This document shows positions 28,090 to 41,068 of a stretch of DNA of 64,000 nt, piece after piece; position 1 is the stretch's first letter; the number at the start of each line of letters is the position of its first letter. A model generated the notes under the pieces. The model had not been told where the DNA came from. It made no database searches and worked only from the letters and a program-made list of their open reading frames with translations. The stretch spans positions 90,212,001-90,276,000 of the forward strand of contig NC_045696.1 in assembly GCF_009834535.1 (NCBI RefSeq), written 5' to 3'. The position numbers were made by a program, and so were the translations under genes. The stretch is from Camelus ferus. Lineage: Eukaryota.

Positions 28090-28851
28090 TGTAGTAATTT
28101 TCAATGTACTGTTCCAGAGCTCCAGACCCGCCCTTGAATGCCTCCTCTGTGGAGCCGAGATCTATAAATATTTCTCCTTTGCCAGCTGGCATGGTAGTCT
28201 TTGTCACTTGATGGTGCTGAAAGTGCACTGGAGGAGGAGGGGTTCCTCTCCTGGTTCTGGCGTGTCTCTCTTGGGAGAGTCTTGCCACACCCATGGCCTC
28301 ACCAGCACCCCCTCCTGTAGCACAAGTAGCTTCTCCAGCACCTGTACAGCATCCAGCAGTCCCTGTGGCCAGCAGTTTCCCAGCACCCCTTCAGGTAGCT
28401 TCACAGTGGAGTTCCACCCACAAGGCATCTTCTCACGAATAGTTACCCCCAGCCTACCTTTGAGCAGTTCTGAGGCAACTTTCAAGGCATTGCACCTTCC
28501 TATGGATACTTCCCCTGTATCCCAGAGGGCAGATTTCCAGCAAATTCTGCCATCACAGTGCCTCAGTGTCTTCTCCAGCAAATACTTAGCCATGGCCATG
28601 CCCTCTCCAATGAAGTCTATAGCTCAGCCCTGGGGTGAGAGGGGGCCTTCCTTGACTGTTCTATCTCAGCCCTAGATATCGTGATTGTTCCTTAGATCTG
28701 CTATTCTCAAATTCTTAAGTTCTATTTACTTCTTACTAACCAATTCCTAATTAGTCCAATCCCCTGTTACAGTTAATCATTCTTTATACTAAATTGTCCT
28801 GCTCAAATTACTGTGTGGTTTCTGACTGCTGGCTGGACCCTCACTGATCCA
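28090..28851 (+). mobile_element. ERV-L 3' LTR (LTR33/LTR41-like)
   Basis: Begins TGT right after the PPT and ends gtgtggtttctgactgctggctggaccctcactgatcCA. Confidence 0.75.
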
Positions 28852-29939
28852 GCCAGGCACAAACACATGCCCTATCTTTTGGAGGAAATGCGAAATGCCC
28901 ATCATACTTTCTAGCATATTAAAGAATAAAACCTATTTTCAAGTAAAAATATACTGATCTTTATATATTTCCAAACAACTTGTTCTGCTCAGAGGAATTC
29001 AGTATGTATAACATTTAATCATACTTTTAAACTATCTTTTTAGAAATACTCAACCTGTAAGTGATTAGGAAAGCTACAGACTGAGAGCTAAAGTGCTGTA
29101 GCTGATACTCCTTTTCTCATCCCCAGGCATTTCTCTTTCTTACAGGTAAAAATGTCACACTTCTTTAAACTCCAACTACCAGGCCTTTTTCCCCCCCTTT
29201 AAAAAGCTTTGTCCCTTGTCTGTAGAGTAAGTTTATGAAGCTTAATTAGGGAAAGAAAAAAAAGGTTTTCATCACCTAGGCCAGGGTTTATTCTAGGAAT
29301 CACCAGGAAAGAATATTTGCAATATTGTGCATTTTACTTATTCTTTATGTATTTTTAGTATATTTGTAAGACTTTCTCAATTAATCCTCAAGTTATCAGT
29401 TAACAGACTTGTGATTTCTAACTTCCAAAACACTGAGTGTTTATTATGAAAGAATGAGATCGTTTCGAGGTCATAGTTACCACTTTCTTTTTTGTGAATG
29501 TATTACCACCAGTTTTATAATTTTATAACACAATTCATTAAAGTAAGCCTTGTCATAACAATGGCCTAATAGCCCAAAGGACAGGATTCTGATTGCTCCT
29601 CATACAATTTTGCTTCTCATCACTTCCAGGGACTCAACTGCACACTGAAAGAAATCAACCACTGTGCAGTAAATTGGTGTGTTTACCAGTAAGCTGACTT
29701 TTCTAATTATTTACTTCCTTCGTTTTTTTTCAAATAACTAAATATTATTTTGATCCTTGTCTCTTGTGAATTTTCATATTAGAATAAATTTCAAATGGTG
29801 TGAAGCAGGAATCTCAAAATACAACTTTGCAAGCATCTTTGTTGCCTTCCTCATCCAACTGACTTCCCATCTTCATTAGCTCTGAACACTCCTTGAAAAG
29901 GGAACAAGCATTCCTTGAGCCTCCAGCAAGCAACAGGCA

Positions 29940-30085
29940 CTTAATCTTCACAGAAAACCTATTACTGCCCCATTTTACAGATGAGAGCACTATATAAAGA
30001 GAGTTTAGTCATTCAACCAACATCAAGTAGTTAATAAGCAGCAGAGCTGGAATCTGAATCCTGGTCTTCATGGTTCTAAAGTCCA
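29940..30085 (-). mobile_element. MIR SINE
   Basis: ccccattttacagatgag...agcagagctggaatctgaatcc core. Confidence 0.8.
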
Positions 30086-30219
30086 AGGAACTCCAGCACC
30101 ATGAAAATCAAATCAGAAGAAAAAGAAAGAAATAACACCCTGAACACTAAAAATGAGATTTCCTTCAATTCAACTGTTTAGCATTTGTCTGTTTGTACCA
30201 GAGTAACTTTTCAAGATGG

Positions 30220-30650
30220 CATCATACCTTTTGTCCCAGAAATTGAACTTTGAGGAACACATCTAATGGAAATCAATAAAGTTGCAGTCAAACAGAAGTG
30301 CACCAGAGATGGGAGCAAACTCCAAAATGTCTCTATGTAGGCTGGATAAGTTATGGCCCAAACACAAAATCAAATATTATGCAACCATTAAAAATAACAT
30401 TTCTAGAAACTTCAATGACATGAAAGTGAGAAAATTCCTGATACAAAACACTGCAGAGTGTAAAACTAATTATGTAAAGACACTCATTACACATTATTTA
30501 AAAAAAAAAAAGACCAGAAAATTTACAGAGATTATTTAGTTCAGCCTAACGGGAATGCAAAGGAAGTTTTCCCCTTTCTTTACAGTTGTCTCTGTTTTCT
30601 AAAATATCTTTGATAAGCATTGATACATTTATAATAATAATAAATGTAAG
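30220..30650 (+). mobile_element. Old L1 3' fragment
   Basis: accttttgtcccagaaatt, aaatattatgcaaccattaaaaat. Confidence 0.55.
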
Positions 30651-32739
30651 TTATTTGTAATAAAAATATTTTTCAGGCTTTCCAATTGGGCAAATACTGA
30701 ATTTCCCAAAGATTTAGTCTGAGGAAAACGATTTCAGAGACATAGTCATATTTATAAGGAATATTTACAAGAGCAACATTCCAATGTTATTTTATTTCAA
30801 CAAGAGGCAAAACTTACCTTGCTGTATGCAAACCATGTATAAATTCATTTATTGCCTTCCTGGTCAGTTTATATGTATGGATAATATCCCAGAAAATTTG
30901 ATCACAACCAATGACAGAATTCTTAAACTTCTAATTAAAAAAACGATCAAGGGAAGCTCCAAGTCTCTCTTTCTTCAGTCACTTCTCTGAGTTGAATTTT
31001 TGTTATAAAAGACAAACCAAGAAACTATTTGTCCTCCATGCCTGAATGCATCCCGTCTCCGGGTTCCCCCTCATAATGGCATTCAGCTCAGGGCAATAGA
31101 TTATGACAATTGAAACCACACACTTATTTTAATTACTTTTCCCATTTTCCATTTGCCATCTTGTCAAAACAATGAATGAATCACAGTGAACAATCAGCAC
31201 ACTGAAAGAAAAGATGTGCCAGGCTGCATGAAAACCTACTTAGGTCTGCTGCTCAGGCCAATGCTGTGATGACTCCGACAGTCCCACTCTCTTAAGACCA
31301 AAGCCACCAGGGACACTGACTTATTCCTCATGCAGACAGAAGGTCCAGGACCTCCCTTCCCCTATCCCCAGGTTCTGGAGAAGCCACCAAAGCAAAGCCA
31401 TGGGTGAAGAAAACTCCTTCAGAACTAATCTGGGTTGACTCACCTTCACATCCTCACCTTGCCCAGTGCAGCCCTTGTACAAAACTGGTTCTCATAACTG
31501 CTGGGCAGAGTAACCTACACGACGAGCTCTTGTAATGAGGGAGAAAAGCTGTTTCCAGCAGTCTGGGGTTTCTTCCTTGTTCTCCACAATAAAAGATAAA
31601 TATGTTTATTTCTAGCTGGAATACAATATTGCCAGATCGACTGGCGGTTTAGTTCTAAAAAAGGCTTTGTTCCTAGGTTTTCTCAACTGACATAACTTCT
31701 ATTTTTGCAGAGCCACAGGCCCTCTGGGGTTTTCTCGTGGTTTTCTCTTGTTTGATCCAGGAACCACGGGCAGTAGGATTTTTACTTTGTTAATATTGGG
31801 GATTCTAAATAAGACCTCGACATGGATAAACACCAACCCCAAAGTGGCATCTGAAGGGCAACAGAACCCTTTCTACTGAAACCTCTTTCATAATCCTTCC
31901 AGATTCTAGAAAATCACCCCACTGTTTACTGCTTTGGGCTCAATCCCTGAGGGCTCCTGATAAAAAGGCAAGAGTATAATCCAGGAGAAATAACATATTG
32001 GAGAGAAACTTCTTTATAGTTTTATTCCTACAAACTTTTAAAATCCTTCTGAATGTGTTTTGGAAATCTACATGCTGGTTAAGTGAGGATTTGTTACTAG
32101 GAAGAGATACGGCCCCTATAACAGAAAGTTGTTTGTGCTCTGAACCAAGTTTGAGTTTGAGCTTCAGTGAAGTGGTTAATAAGTACATTTAACCAGTGTA
32201 CTTAAATTAGCTGCAAATTGCAAGCAGCACCTGGAAGGGACAAGGAGATGCTCTCTGCTGCTAAAAGGAACTCAGAAAAGTATCCTACTGATTGGGAAAG
32301 GCAGAGACCAGGGAGACACCACTGCTATGTCACTTTTCCACTGGCTTCTGTCGGAAGCCGAAAGAAAACTCGAAAGGGAACTGAGTTAGAATGATAAGAC
32401 AGTTGCTTCAGCAGCAGGCTATACAAAAATGCAGTTCATGAAATCATTCACTAAGATAGCCATAGATGCCACAGCATGGAAGTACAAGAAATTTTGGAAA
32501 ATGCTGGCCTAAGAAACCATGGCCAAGAAGAATACCTGCCCCAAGAGTGGATTCCAGAAGTGGCTGTAACCTCAAGGCTGTTTTTAAATTGGAGTCATTT
32601 TAAACAGAGATTTATAAGCACAAAGCAAAAGTGAGGAAAATAAATTACTAACAATTCTAAATTGGCTCTGTGTGTCTGATTCTTTAGGTCCTGTGCTACT
32701 TGTCCAGTCTGCTGCCTGTTAACAGGGTCAAATCACAGA

Positions 32740-33330
32740 AGGGTTGAAAAGTCCCTAGATGTCAGGGCTTTACCCTTCATCCTTATCCAGCTGAGTGCCA
32801 TCGTGTGACTCTCCAACCTGGGCTGAGCGCTTTGTGAGGCTGATGATCCAATCTGTGGATCCCCTGTTGTCGGAAAAACCTATCCCCCTACATTAGCTGG
32901 TCCAAATTCTTCTGAAGCAAATAGAAGTCCACAACCATTTCTATGAGACAGATATTTGAAAACAATTGTCATATGCCCCCTGAGCCTTGTGTTTTCCAGT
33001 CTAAATATCCAAAGTTCCTCCAATCACTTCACATAAAAAATAGTTTCTGGTCTTTTCATCCTTTTGTTTATTCACTCCTGAGTGAGTCCCACTATAATTC
33101 TCTCAGAGTGTAGCACCAGAATGCCTGTTCCAGGTGTCCTGTCTTCAGCATACTGTAGGGAAAACCACCACCTTCCTCTTTCCAAGTGCTCTCCTAAAAC
33201 CAAAAGCTGAAGTTGAGGGCAGGCACACTTACAGTTTCCTGACTCATGCTGTGGGAAGGCCATCCCTCCCTCAATCTGTGCCACGCACTTAGTTTTCCAA
33301 ACCCCAAAATGCAACTTTCCACTCATTCCT
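32740..33330 (-). mobile_element. CR1/L3 fragment
   Basis: gatatttgaaaacaattgtcatatgccccctgagccttgtgttttccagtctaaatatcc. Confidence 0.55.
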
Positions 33331-33813
33331 GTTAAATCCAACCTTCATTCCAGCCTCCCAAGAGCTTCTGTATTGATATTCTGTCGTCCAGCAGACCTGC
33401 TGGGCTTCCAGACTTTTATTGCTGGCAAATGGGAGAATGACATCTAGGTCTTCACACCCCTCATCCAGCGAGGGTACAGGCCTGAGATGTGGGCTTTCCA
33501 CCTGCCTGTTGCTATGTTGGGCTGGATGCTCTGCCTGGTTCCCCACCTCACAAGAACAGAGATGTGCTGTATTCTCAAACTCTTCCTGCAGCACCACCAC
33601 ACGCCTCCCCACCCCTCCAGTCATTATTCCAGATACCCCTCTGGTCCCCTCTCTGGATAGCTGCCTACCAAACGAAGAGCTGCTGGCCACTTCACCACAG
33701 CAACACTTCCTGCCCTGACATATCACAGACTTCTGCTGACCTCCACCAACAAGGGGAGTAGAACATGGAGCAAGGATAGCCAAGCTTTTATCAAATACTA
33801 AAAAAGCAACTTT

Positions 33814-34255
33814 TTTTTAATTGAAGTACAGTCAGTTACAATGTGTCAATCTCTGGTGTACAGCACAATATCCCAGTCTTGCATATATATGCATATATTC
33901 ATTTACATATTTTTTCCACTAGAGGTTATTATAAGATATTTAACAGTTTCCTGTGCTACACAGAAGAATTTTTTTTATAATATATTTTATATATAGTGGC
34001 TAACATTTGTAAATCTCAACCTCCTGAATTCATCCCTTCCCACTCCCTTTCCCCAGTAACCATAAATAAGATTGTTAGTACTAAAGCTGCAAGTCTGTTT
34101 CTGTTTTGTAGATGAGTTCATAGTGTCCTTTTTTTTTTTTAAGATTCCACATATGAGTGGTATTATGTATTTTCCTTTCTCTTTCAGGCTTACTTCACTT
34201 AGAATGACGATCTCCAGGTCCATCTATGTTGCTGCAAATGGCATTATTTTATTCT
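33814..34255 (-). mobile_element. Recent 5'-truncated L1 with 15-bp TSD
   Basis: Antisense L1 3'UTR flanked by TAAAAAAGCAACTTT at 33799-33813 and 34256-34270. Confidence 0.9.
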
Positions 34256-34509
34256 TAAAAAAGCAACTTTAACAAAATATGACAGAGAAGGGAGGGAGAA
34301 CAATAAAGAGGCTGGCATGAAGAGGACAAGAGTGACAGAGTTATACCCTTCTTCTAGAAATTTCCATCATAGCATTAAGGTCCAACTCAACTGCTTCCAT
34401 CTTTTGAAGCCTTCCCAAATCCACCCTCACCACCACAACTAATTGATTTCGTCTCCAAGTTTCCATGGCATTCTGAGTATGATTCCTAGAAGTAATTTTT
34501 GCTTTCGGT

Positions 34510-34706
34510 CAGGGGTACAGTAAATGTTTCAGGCTTTGCAGGCCATATAGTCCCTGTTGCAACTCTTCAACTCTTCCATTTTGGCGTGAAAGTAAGTATA
34601 GATGATAGATAAGTCAATGGACATGACTGTGTTCCAATAAAACTTTACTTATAAAAACAGGTGGCAGGCTGGATTTGGTTCATGGACCATAGTTTGCCAA
34701 CCTGTT
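34510..34706 (+). mobile_element. hAT-Charlie MITE (MER58-like)
   Basis: ggctttgcaggccata...tgtgttccaataaaacttta...ggctggatttgg...catagtttgccaacc. Confidence 0.85.
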
Positions 34707-34811
34707 TGGTCTCACAATTATTCATTTATGTGTTATCTCCCACTCAGCCTGTGAGTTCTTCAACAGTATACCACATCCATGCTTGAATCTTCTGTGACTC
34801 ATTCACAGGAA

Positions 34812-35155
34812 GTGCTATGGACCGAATGTGTCCCCACCCAAAATTCACATGTTGAAGCCTATCAGAAGGTGGGCACTTTCAGAAGTGATTAGGTCATGGA
34901 GGGTGAAGCCCTCCTGATGGGATCATTGCCCTGACAAAAGAGACCTGGAGAGCTCTGTCTTCTCCTCCACCACGAGAGAACACAGCAAGATAGCCTCCTA
35001 TGAACCATGAAGAGCACTCTCACCAGACACTGAACCTACTAATCCCTTGATCTTGGACTTCCCAACCTCCAAAACTGTGAGAAATAAGTTTCTGTTGTTT
35101 ATAAGCCACCTGATTTATGAGATTTTTGGTACAGAAGCCAAGAGAGACTAAAACA
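34812..35155 (+). mobile_element. MaLR solo LTR (MLT1A-like)
   Basis: tgctatggaccgaatgtgtcccc...cttgatcttggacttcccaacctccaaaactgtgagaaataa...gactaaaaca. Confidence 0.85.
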
Positions 35156-35390
35156 ATAAGGGATCCATAAATGTTTGCAGAATATATAAACTGACAAAAG
35201 CTATCAGAAGGAGCACTGTCTCATGCCTTGCTGAAGTCCAAGTGTACTATGACTACTAGACTTCTCTGTAGGACCCTGTCAGAGAGGGAACAAGATTAAC
35301 CTAACATGAATTCCTGCTACATCCTAGGGATCCTTGCCTCAACTTCTTAACTAACTCCACAGTCTTGCTTGAAAACAGTATCAAGATTGC

Positions 35391-35542
35391 AAACCATATT
35401 CAATATCTTGTAGTAACTTATGGTAAAAAGGAATATGAAAATGAATATACGTCTGTTCCTATATGACTGATGTATTGTGCTGTACACCAGAAATTGACAC
35501 AGCATTGTATACTGACTATACTTCAATAAAAATAAAAATAAA
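35391..35542 (+). mobile_element. Recent short L1 3' end with TSD
   Basis: tgctgtacaccagaaattgacac...ctatacttcaataaaaataaaaat. AAGATTGC duplicated at 35383-35390 and 35543-35550. Confidence 0.85.
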
Positions 35543-36897
35543 AAGATTGCTGGCATGTATCTTGTAGTGCCCCCAATCTGAATATGGCAAAGTGTATACA
35601 TTCGCCCCTTCTAGTCTTTTGGGACATCTTTTTTGATAATTCTTCAGTGATTATGAGCAGCAGTTCAGGAAACTCATAGGGAAGATCTTCCACGGCCATG
35701 AGGGTAACACAGTCACTTTCTAAAAGTCACAAGTCCTCTTGTAATACCACCTCCCATCTCCACCCCTGCAAACCTTTATCACTGTCCAGTCTACCTTCTG
35801 ACGCTCAAAGAACATTCTTCATGGCACAGAAAGAGAAAAAACAAAACATGGAGGATATCAAATTATTTGCTAAACAATCAACATTATGCTAATCATCTTT
35901 TATCTGCTCTGAACAAGGCTTTTAAAACAACATGTTGTCCTTGTCATTTTTCCACTTTCCAACTCATTTGAGATTTTAGCTTCCATGACACCGTTCTGAC
36001 AGATGCATACTACCCTCTTACCATTACCCTTGTATATACCTTTCCTCCTATCTCTTTTATTACACAAATATGTTTAAAGAATCTGAACGGTTTTTTAGGT
36101 CCCTCCATTTGCTCATTCAGATCATTAGCAATTGGACACTCACCATGGTGGCTCTGAATTGTAGGAGGGGCTCAGGGATGTTAGCAATCTGACCAAAATA
36201 AGGGCTGCTTTGAGGTAATGATAATAATAAGCAAATATCTTTTTACCTATATTGTATAGTTACAGATAAAAAAAAACAGTAGTATTAAATAATATGCTTT
36301 CACACTTTAAATGAGATTAATAATATACTTACAATCCATATCAATAAGTAATATTTTATTATTGTTCCCATTATGAGAGCTTTTAAAGGGCGAATGGAGA
36401 TTCGTGAGAAGCTCCCTTCCAAGGCTCCCTTTGCTACCACCTTTTCACAGTTAGAACTGCATTCTTCTGAGCTTCCCATTTCTTGGGCCATTCTACCTCC
36501 CTGGGTATAAGTCCATTGAAATGCCCAGGCCTTTCATGTCTCTGAACTTTTTGACACGTTTAGCAGAGTTAGATCGTGGTTGCCCTCCCTGGCTGGAAAC
36601 GCGAACTCCCTGCCAAGGGAGCCCTCTGTCTCTGTCCCTCCCCCTCCCAACAGTATAAATGTGATTTACTTTTCCATCACTATGTCCTAAAATTGAGTCC
36701 TATTCCAGTAAAGTCTTGGGGATACCTCTAAGAAAAACAGATTCCTTTTCATTTGAGTGGTGACCCTAATACTTCTGCAAAAGCCTACCATTAAGGAATC
36801 TTAAATCCTATTGTAGAAACCCAAGGCCAACAGTTTACCCAAAGATCTTCTCTCTTCCAAAGTCAAAATAGATGCCAAGTAGAAAAAACACCATGCT

Positions 36898-37467
36898 TGT
36901 GGTAGCAGACTCCATGTGTGCACGTGTGCATACGTACACACATGCATGCATGCACACAATGAATCGTGCCTCTTCACCTTCTTGTATAGTTCATTCCCAA
37001 AGTGAATTTGGGCTGGTCTTGTGTAACCAACAGAATGTGGTAGAAGTAATGCTGTGAGTCTCCTGAGGCTAGGTCATAAGAAGGCTCAGAGTTTCCTACT
37101 TGCTCTGGAGGAACATCTTCTCTGAGAAAAACCAGCCACTATGTAAGAAGTCCAACTATACTGAGAGCCTCATCTGTAAGGAAGCCCAAGATAACCACGC
37201 AGAGAGACTATGTGGAAAGAGACCAATGTCTGGCCAGCCTCGAGCTGTTCCACACATCCCAGCACATATGCTAGATGTTTGAGGGAAGAAGTCATTTTGA
37301 AAATAGATCCTCAAGACCAACTGAACCTTCAGATGGCTACAGCCCCAACTACAGTATGACTGCAAGCAAGAATCAAGTTGAGTCCATAACGGTAGATAAT
37401 AATAAATTGCTATTTAAACCACTAAGTTTTCGCGTGGCTTGCTATACTGCAACAGATAACCAGAACA
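36898..37467 (+). mobile_element. MaLR LTR (MLT1F/G/H-like)
   Basis: tgtggtagcagactc...gaggctaggtcataagaagg...taaaccactaagtttt...caacagataaccagaaca. Confidence 0.8.
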
Positions 37468-38689
37468 ATGTATCACAAACTTAAGTTGAATGCCCAAGTT
37501 TTCATAAACCCTAAAGGCATTTCTAGGTTCTCTTCTATATGTGCCATTTGTCCCCAGAAAAAAATTATCAGAAGTGGGTGAGTATTTTTCAGAAAACAAT
37601 CTGGTGTATCTGTTTCCCAATTGAACCTGTCAGGTATTTGTTCAGCCTGCTCTGTTCCTGCCTCCCAATTAATAGGAAATTACCAAATACCACAACTTTT
37701 TCATTCCAGGCCAGTGATAGCTGGCTGGCAAAGCTAAGGACTCCTCTTTGTTGACATGTGTTCATCCCCTCAACTTCCAGCTCCCCTGTGTGGGTGACCA
37801 GCACACCCATCAGGAGTCTCCGGTCTCATCTGTCTCTTCTATCCCATCTTCTGCTTTCCTGATTTTGGTTCCTCCCACCTTAGTATAACCACTTTCTCCC
37901 TGCTTTTCCTCTTCTTTCATAAGCTCACGTACATCACCACTTTCCAAGCCTCTTCACTTTGACCTCAAGCACAGATATCAGGTCAAAGTATACCCTCCCT
38001 TCACTAGGGTGCATTCTTGGCAGGAAGACAAACACTCCCCTGATTCCCTCATTCCTCTCAGTGGAATTTGATATCTTTTGTGGGTTTTCATCCCTTGTGG
38101 GATCCTCTTGGTTAATAGTGGCAGGAACCTGGACCAGTCCTGAGAGGTTCTGAGAGCTGCTACCCTGTTCTGTCTTACACAGTCCTATGATGCTTCCCTA
38201 CATCTCCAACCTGGACTCCCCCTCCCACAACAAATCAGTTTGCATCCTTGCTCCAAGCCATCTGCCCAAGTCCTAGTCTAGCCTTCTTGAGTCAATCTCA
38301 GTGCCTCGCCCAGGCAGAGCCCAAGAAAGAAGAATTTCTCCCTCAAGACTACAGCCCTTCCTCGACTCCTGCCACTTCCATATTTATCCCAAGTCACCCT
38401 TTCTCCAGCTCTCTGCTTTCAGCAGACACTCATCCTCACTCAGCTGCTCAGCTGGAAACTTCCTCTGCCTTGGCCCAGACCCCAACTGAAACCACCTTGA
38501 GAGCTATGCAGAAATGTGTTGGAGCAAAGTACAAAAGAGTGACAGAGCCTCAGTCCAGGTCATCCCAGACCATCATCCACATCTGAACAGGTTTATCTGA
38601 TTCAAGGAACTTTAACAAGGAAACAATAAGAGAAATATTTTACATATGCATAGCATTTATCACTATAACATAATATTTACATATAACAC

Positions 38690-38857
38690 AGATGCATATT
38701 TTAACTTATTTAGCTTATTGTCTATCTCCCTTCATTAGAATGAAAATTTCCAGAAAGCATAAATTTTTCATTTATTCATTGCTGTCTCCTAAGTGTCGAG
38801 AAGAGTGCCTAATACATACTAGGTACTCAATAAACATTTGGTGAATAAATGAATAAA
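38690..38857 (+). mobile_element. L2a 3' end
   Basis: agagtgcctaatacatactaggtactcaataaacatttggtgaataaatgaat. Confidence 0.8.
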
Positions 38858-40959
38858 TATTCACAGTCCCAATCAGAAATCCTGTTTCCTGCGGGTTCAC
38901 AGATGCCCAATTTATATAGTGAAGTTTCTTTGTTTCATGCAAGAGAAGCCAGTTCTGGTTTAGTTAAACAGAGATTTACAGGGACACTATCATGGAGCTC
39001 CCAGAATTGTCAAAGAAGAAACAGACTTGGAAAAAAATTGTCACTTTGAATGCCAGAAAGTGGGAGTCACCAGAAGATTCTGGTAATACCGGAACTAAGG
39101 GACTCCAAACTTTTCCAATGTTTGTCCCTCTACTCAAGAGACAAATTTCAGAACAGGTCTATGTCCAATCAGGGCCTAGCCCTCGGACAGTGAAGGATGG
39201 CATCAGACTAGACAATAGGGCAGGGGTCCATCCCCCAAGGAATTTGTTATGAAGGAGAAATTAATTCTGAGCAACCAAATACAAAACTCTTCAACCAAAG
39301 ACTCAGGCAATTAATTTGGGTTTAGCATTCCCACCAATTCTTAAACAGCTTTCCTGCTAAGAAGAGAATTTTCATGTATTTTCTTCCACTACTGCATGCT
39401 TAGATAAGCAAAACCAAATTGTATTAGGAACTTAATCAAAAACACTGTAAGATGATATTTTAAATACAGTTTCGATAAACTTTAGGAGTCAATACCATAA
39501 AGACTTGAAATACATTGATTCATTAAAAAAAAAAAAAAAACTCCCACTTAGAACCTTCTCTAGTGGCCAATCACAACTTTGGGCTGCTTTGATTTATGAT
39601 GTTGGCCACTGTGGCCCAGCCATTTAATCTTATAATCAACATCAATCACCAATTTTTATTACAACATTTTGCAGGCTGAGCAAAAAATATTTCTCCTGAG
39701 GACAAATTAGGCACCCCAAAGTGACTCTTGCAAATAAATACTGTTGACCATAACTCGTTGTGCTAAGTTCACTCACAATAATTCACTCTATAAGTGCCAC
39801 AGAAGCTAAAAGCAACTGCATAATTTTAAAAAATAAAAGAAATATCCAAAGAGATTCATATAACATAATGGCTATCCAGTGACTGAGTAAAGATTTTTAG
39901 CGGTTCAATGACAACATGTACTTTCATTTATGCCTCCAATGGTTATCATCCAAAAGATATTAAGTGTATCCAAATATCCTTCAAGACAGATCATAATTCA
40001 CCATTAAGATGATGCAAGGTCCTATTAGGTTGACAGGCAGATTTCCCTACTGGTTCAAGGTGCTCATCCCTGAGCGTGCACTCAATAGTGAAAAAGTAAT
40101 GGCCAAACAGAAGACACTATGCAGAATGGCTAATTGCCAGACAGACCACCAATAAATCAGGTGGACCCCATTAATAAGTAATGGCACTCAATTTACTGTT
40201 AATTCAGATACTCCCAGCAAACCCAGGGAGCTCTTTAAAAGTAACTGCAGTAATAATTCCCCTTTATGTAAGTCAAATAAAATTAGCATTTAATTCTTGA
40301 GTTGTATTCTACAGAAATAATCATTATGATAAATTATTTAAATACTTCCCCACACACAGGTTCCAGGATTCCACAGTCCTGGGTTCACTTTTCCAGCCTA
40401 GCTATCAATATATCATGCAGCTTGTTGTCTCTGAGTCCCCATGCTGCTGTTGGTAAAATAGGAAAGCCCAAAATATTTGATAAATAGTACATAAGTCCAG
40501 ATTTAACCACTATTGACTATAATAACAAAATAGTTTGTTTTCTCTGACAATCTCTCCACTGATTCTCCAGATTTCACCATGAATGGTACAAGAAGGGTAC
40601 AGAAAAGTGTTTTTAAACAAGGAGGATGAACATAAGTATTTAACAAGGAACCCAAAGGTTTGTTGCTAATTGCTGTCAAGTGGAAGGTAACTTTCTCCCT
40701 TAATCTTGTAGCTTTTCCTCCAAAACAATATTCATGTACTTTGCTCTTTTCTTCTTTCAACCAGGGGGAAGAAATGAGATAGGGTTTCTCCCTGGAGACT
40801 GATATGTTCAAAGCCAATCTGAACGCTTGCTATGACATTGGTCAAAAATAGAGTAAAAAGAATGCTTGTGTTTCTGTAGCATCTTTTTCTTTCCACGCAT
40901 TACCAGGACTTTAGTGCAAGCAAAGGACTTCAGTGTCAACACCTGAAAACATCCCACTT

Positions 40960-41068
40960 CTCTCCCAGGATTGTTGTGAGCAACAAATGAGATGAGGTAT
41001 ACAATGGCACTCTGTAGAACAGTAAAATGTCACACACATGCTGGATATGTGTAGGCTATTACTATTAA
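40960..41068 (+). mobile_element. MIR 3' part
   Basis: ccaggattgttgtgagcaacaaatgagatgag...ctattactatta. Confidence 0.6.

Noticed and set aside
28204..28675. Overlapping 155-aa (+) and 131-aa (-) ORFs
   Set aside because: They lie wholly inside the ERV-L LTR, the + ORF is Ser-rich and low-complexity, and neither shows a domain signature.
33289..33783. 164-aa minus-strand ORF and overlapping + ORFs
   Set aside because: This is a GC-richer patch with several frames open at once and no homology signal or convincing splice context.
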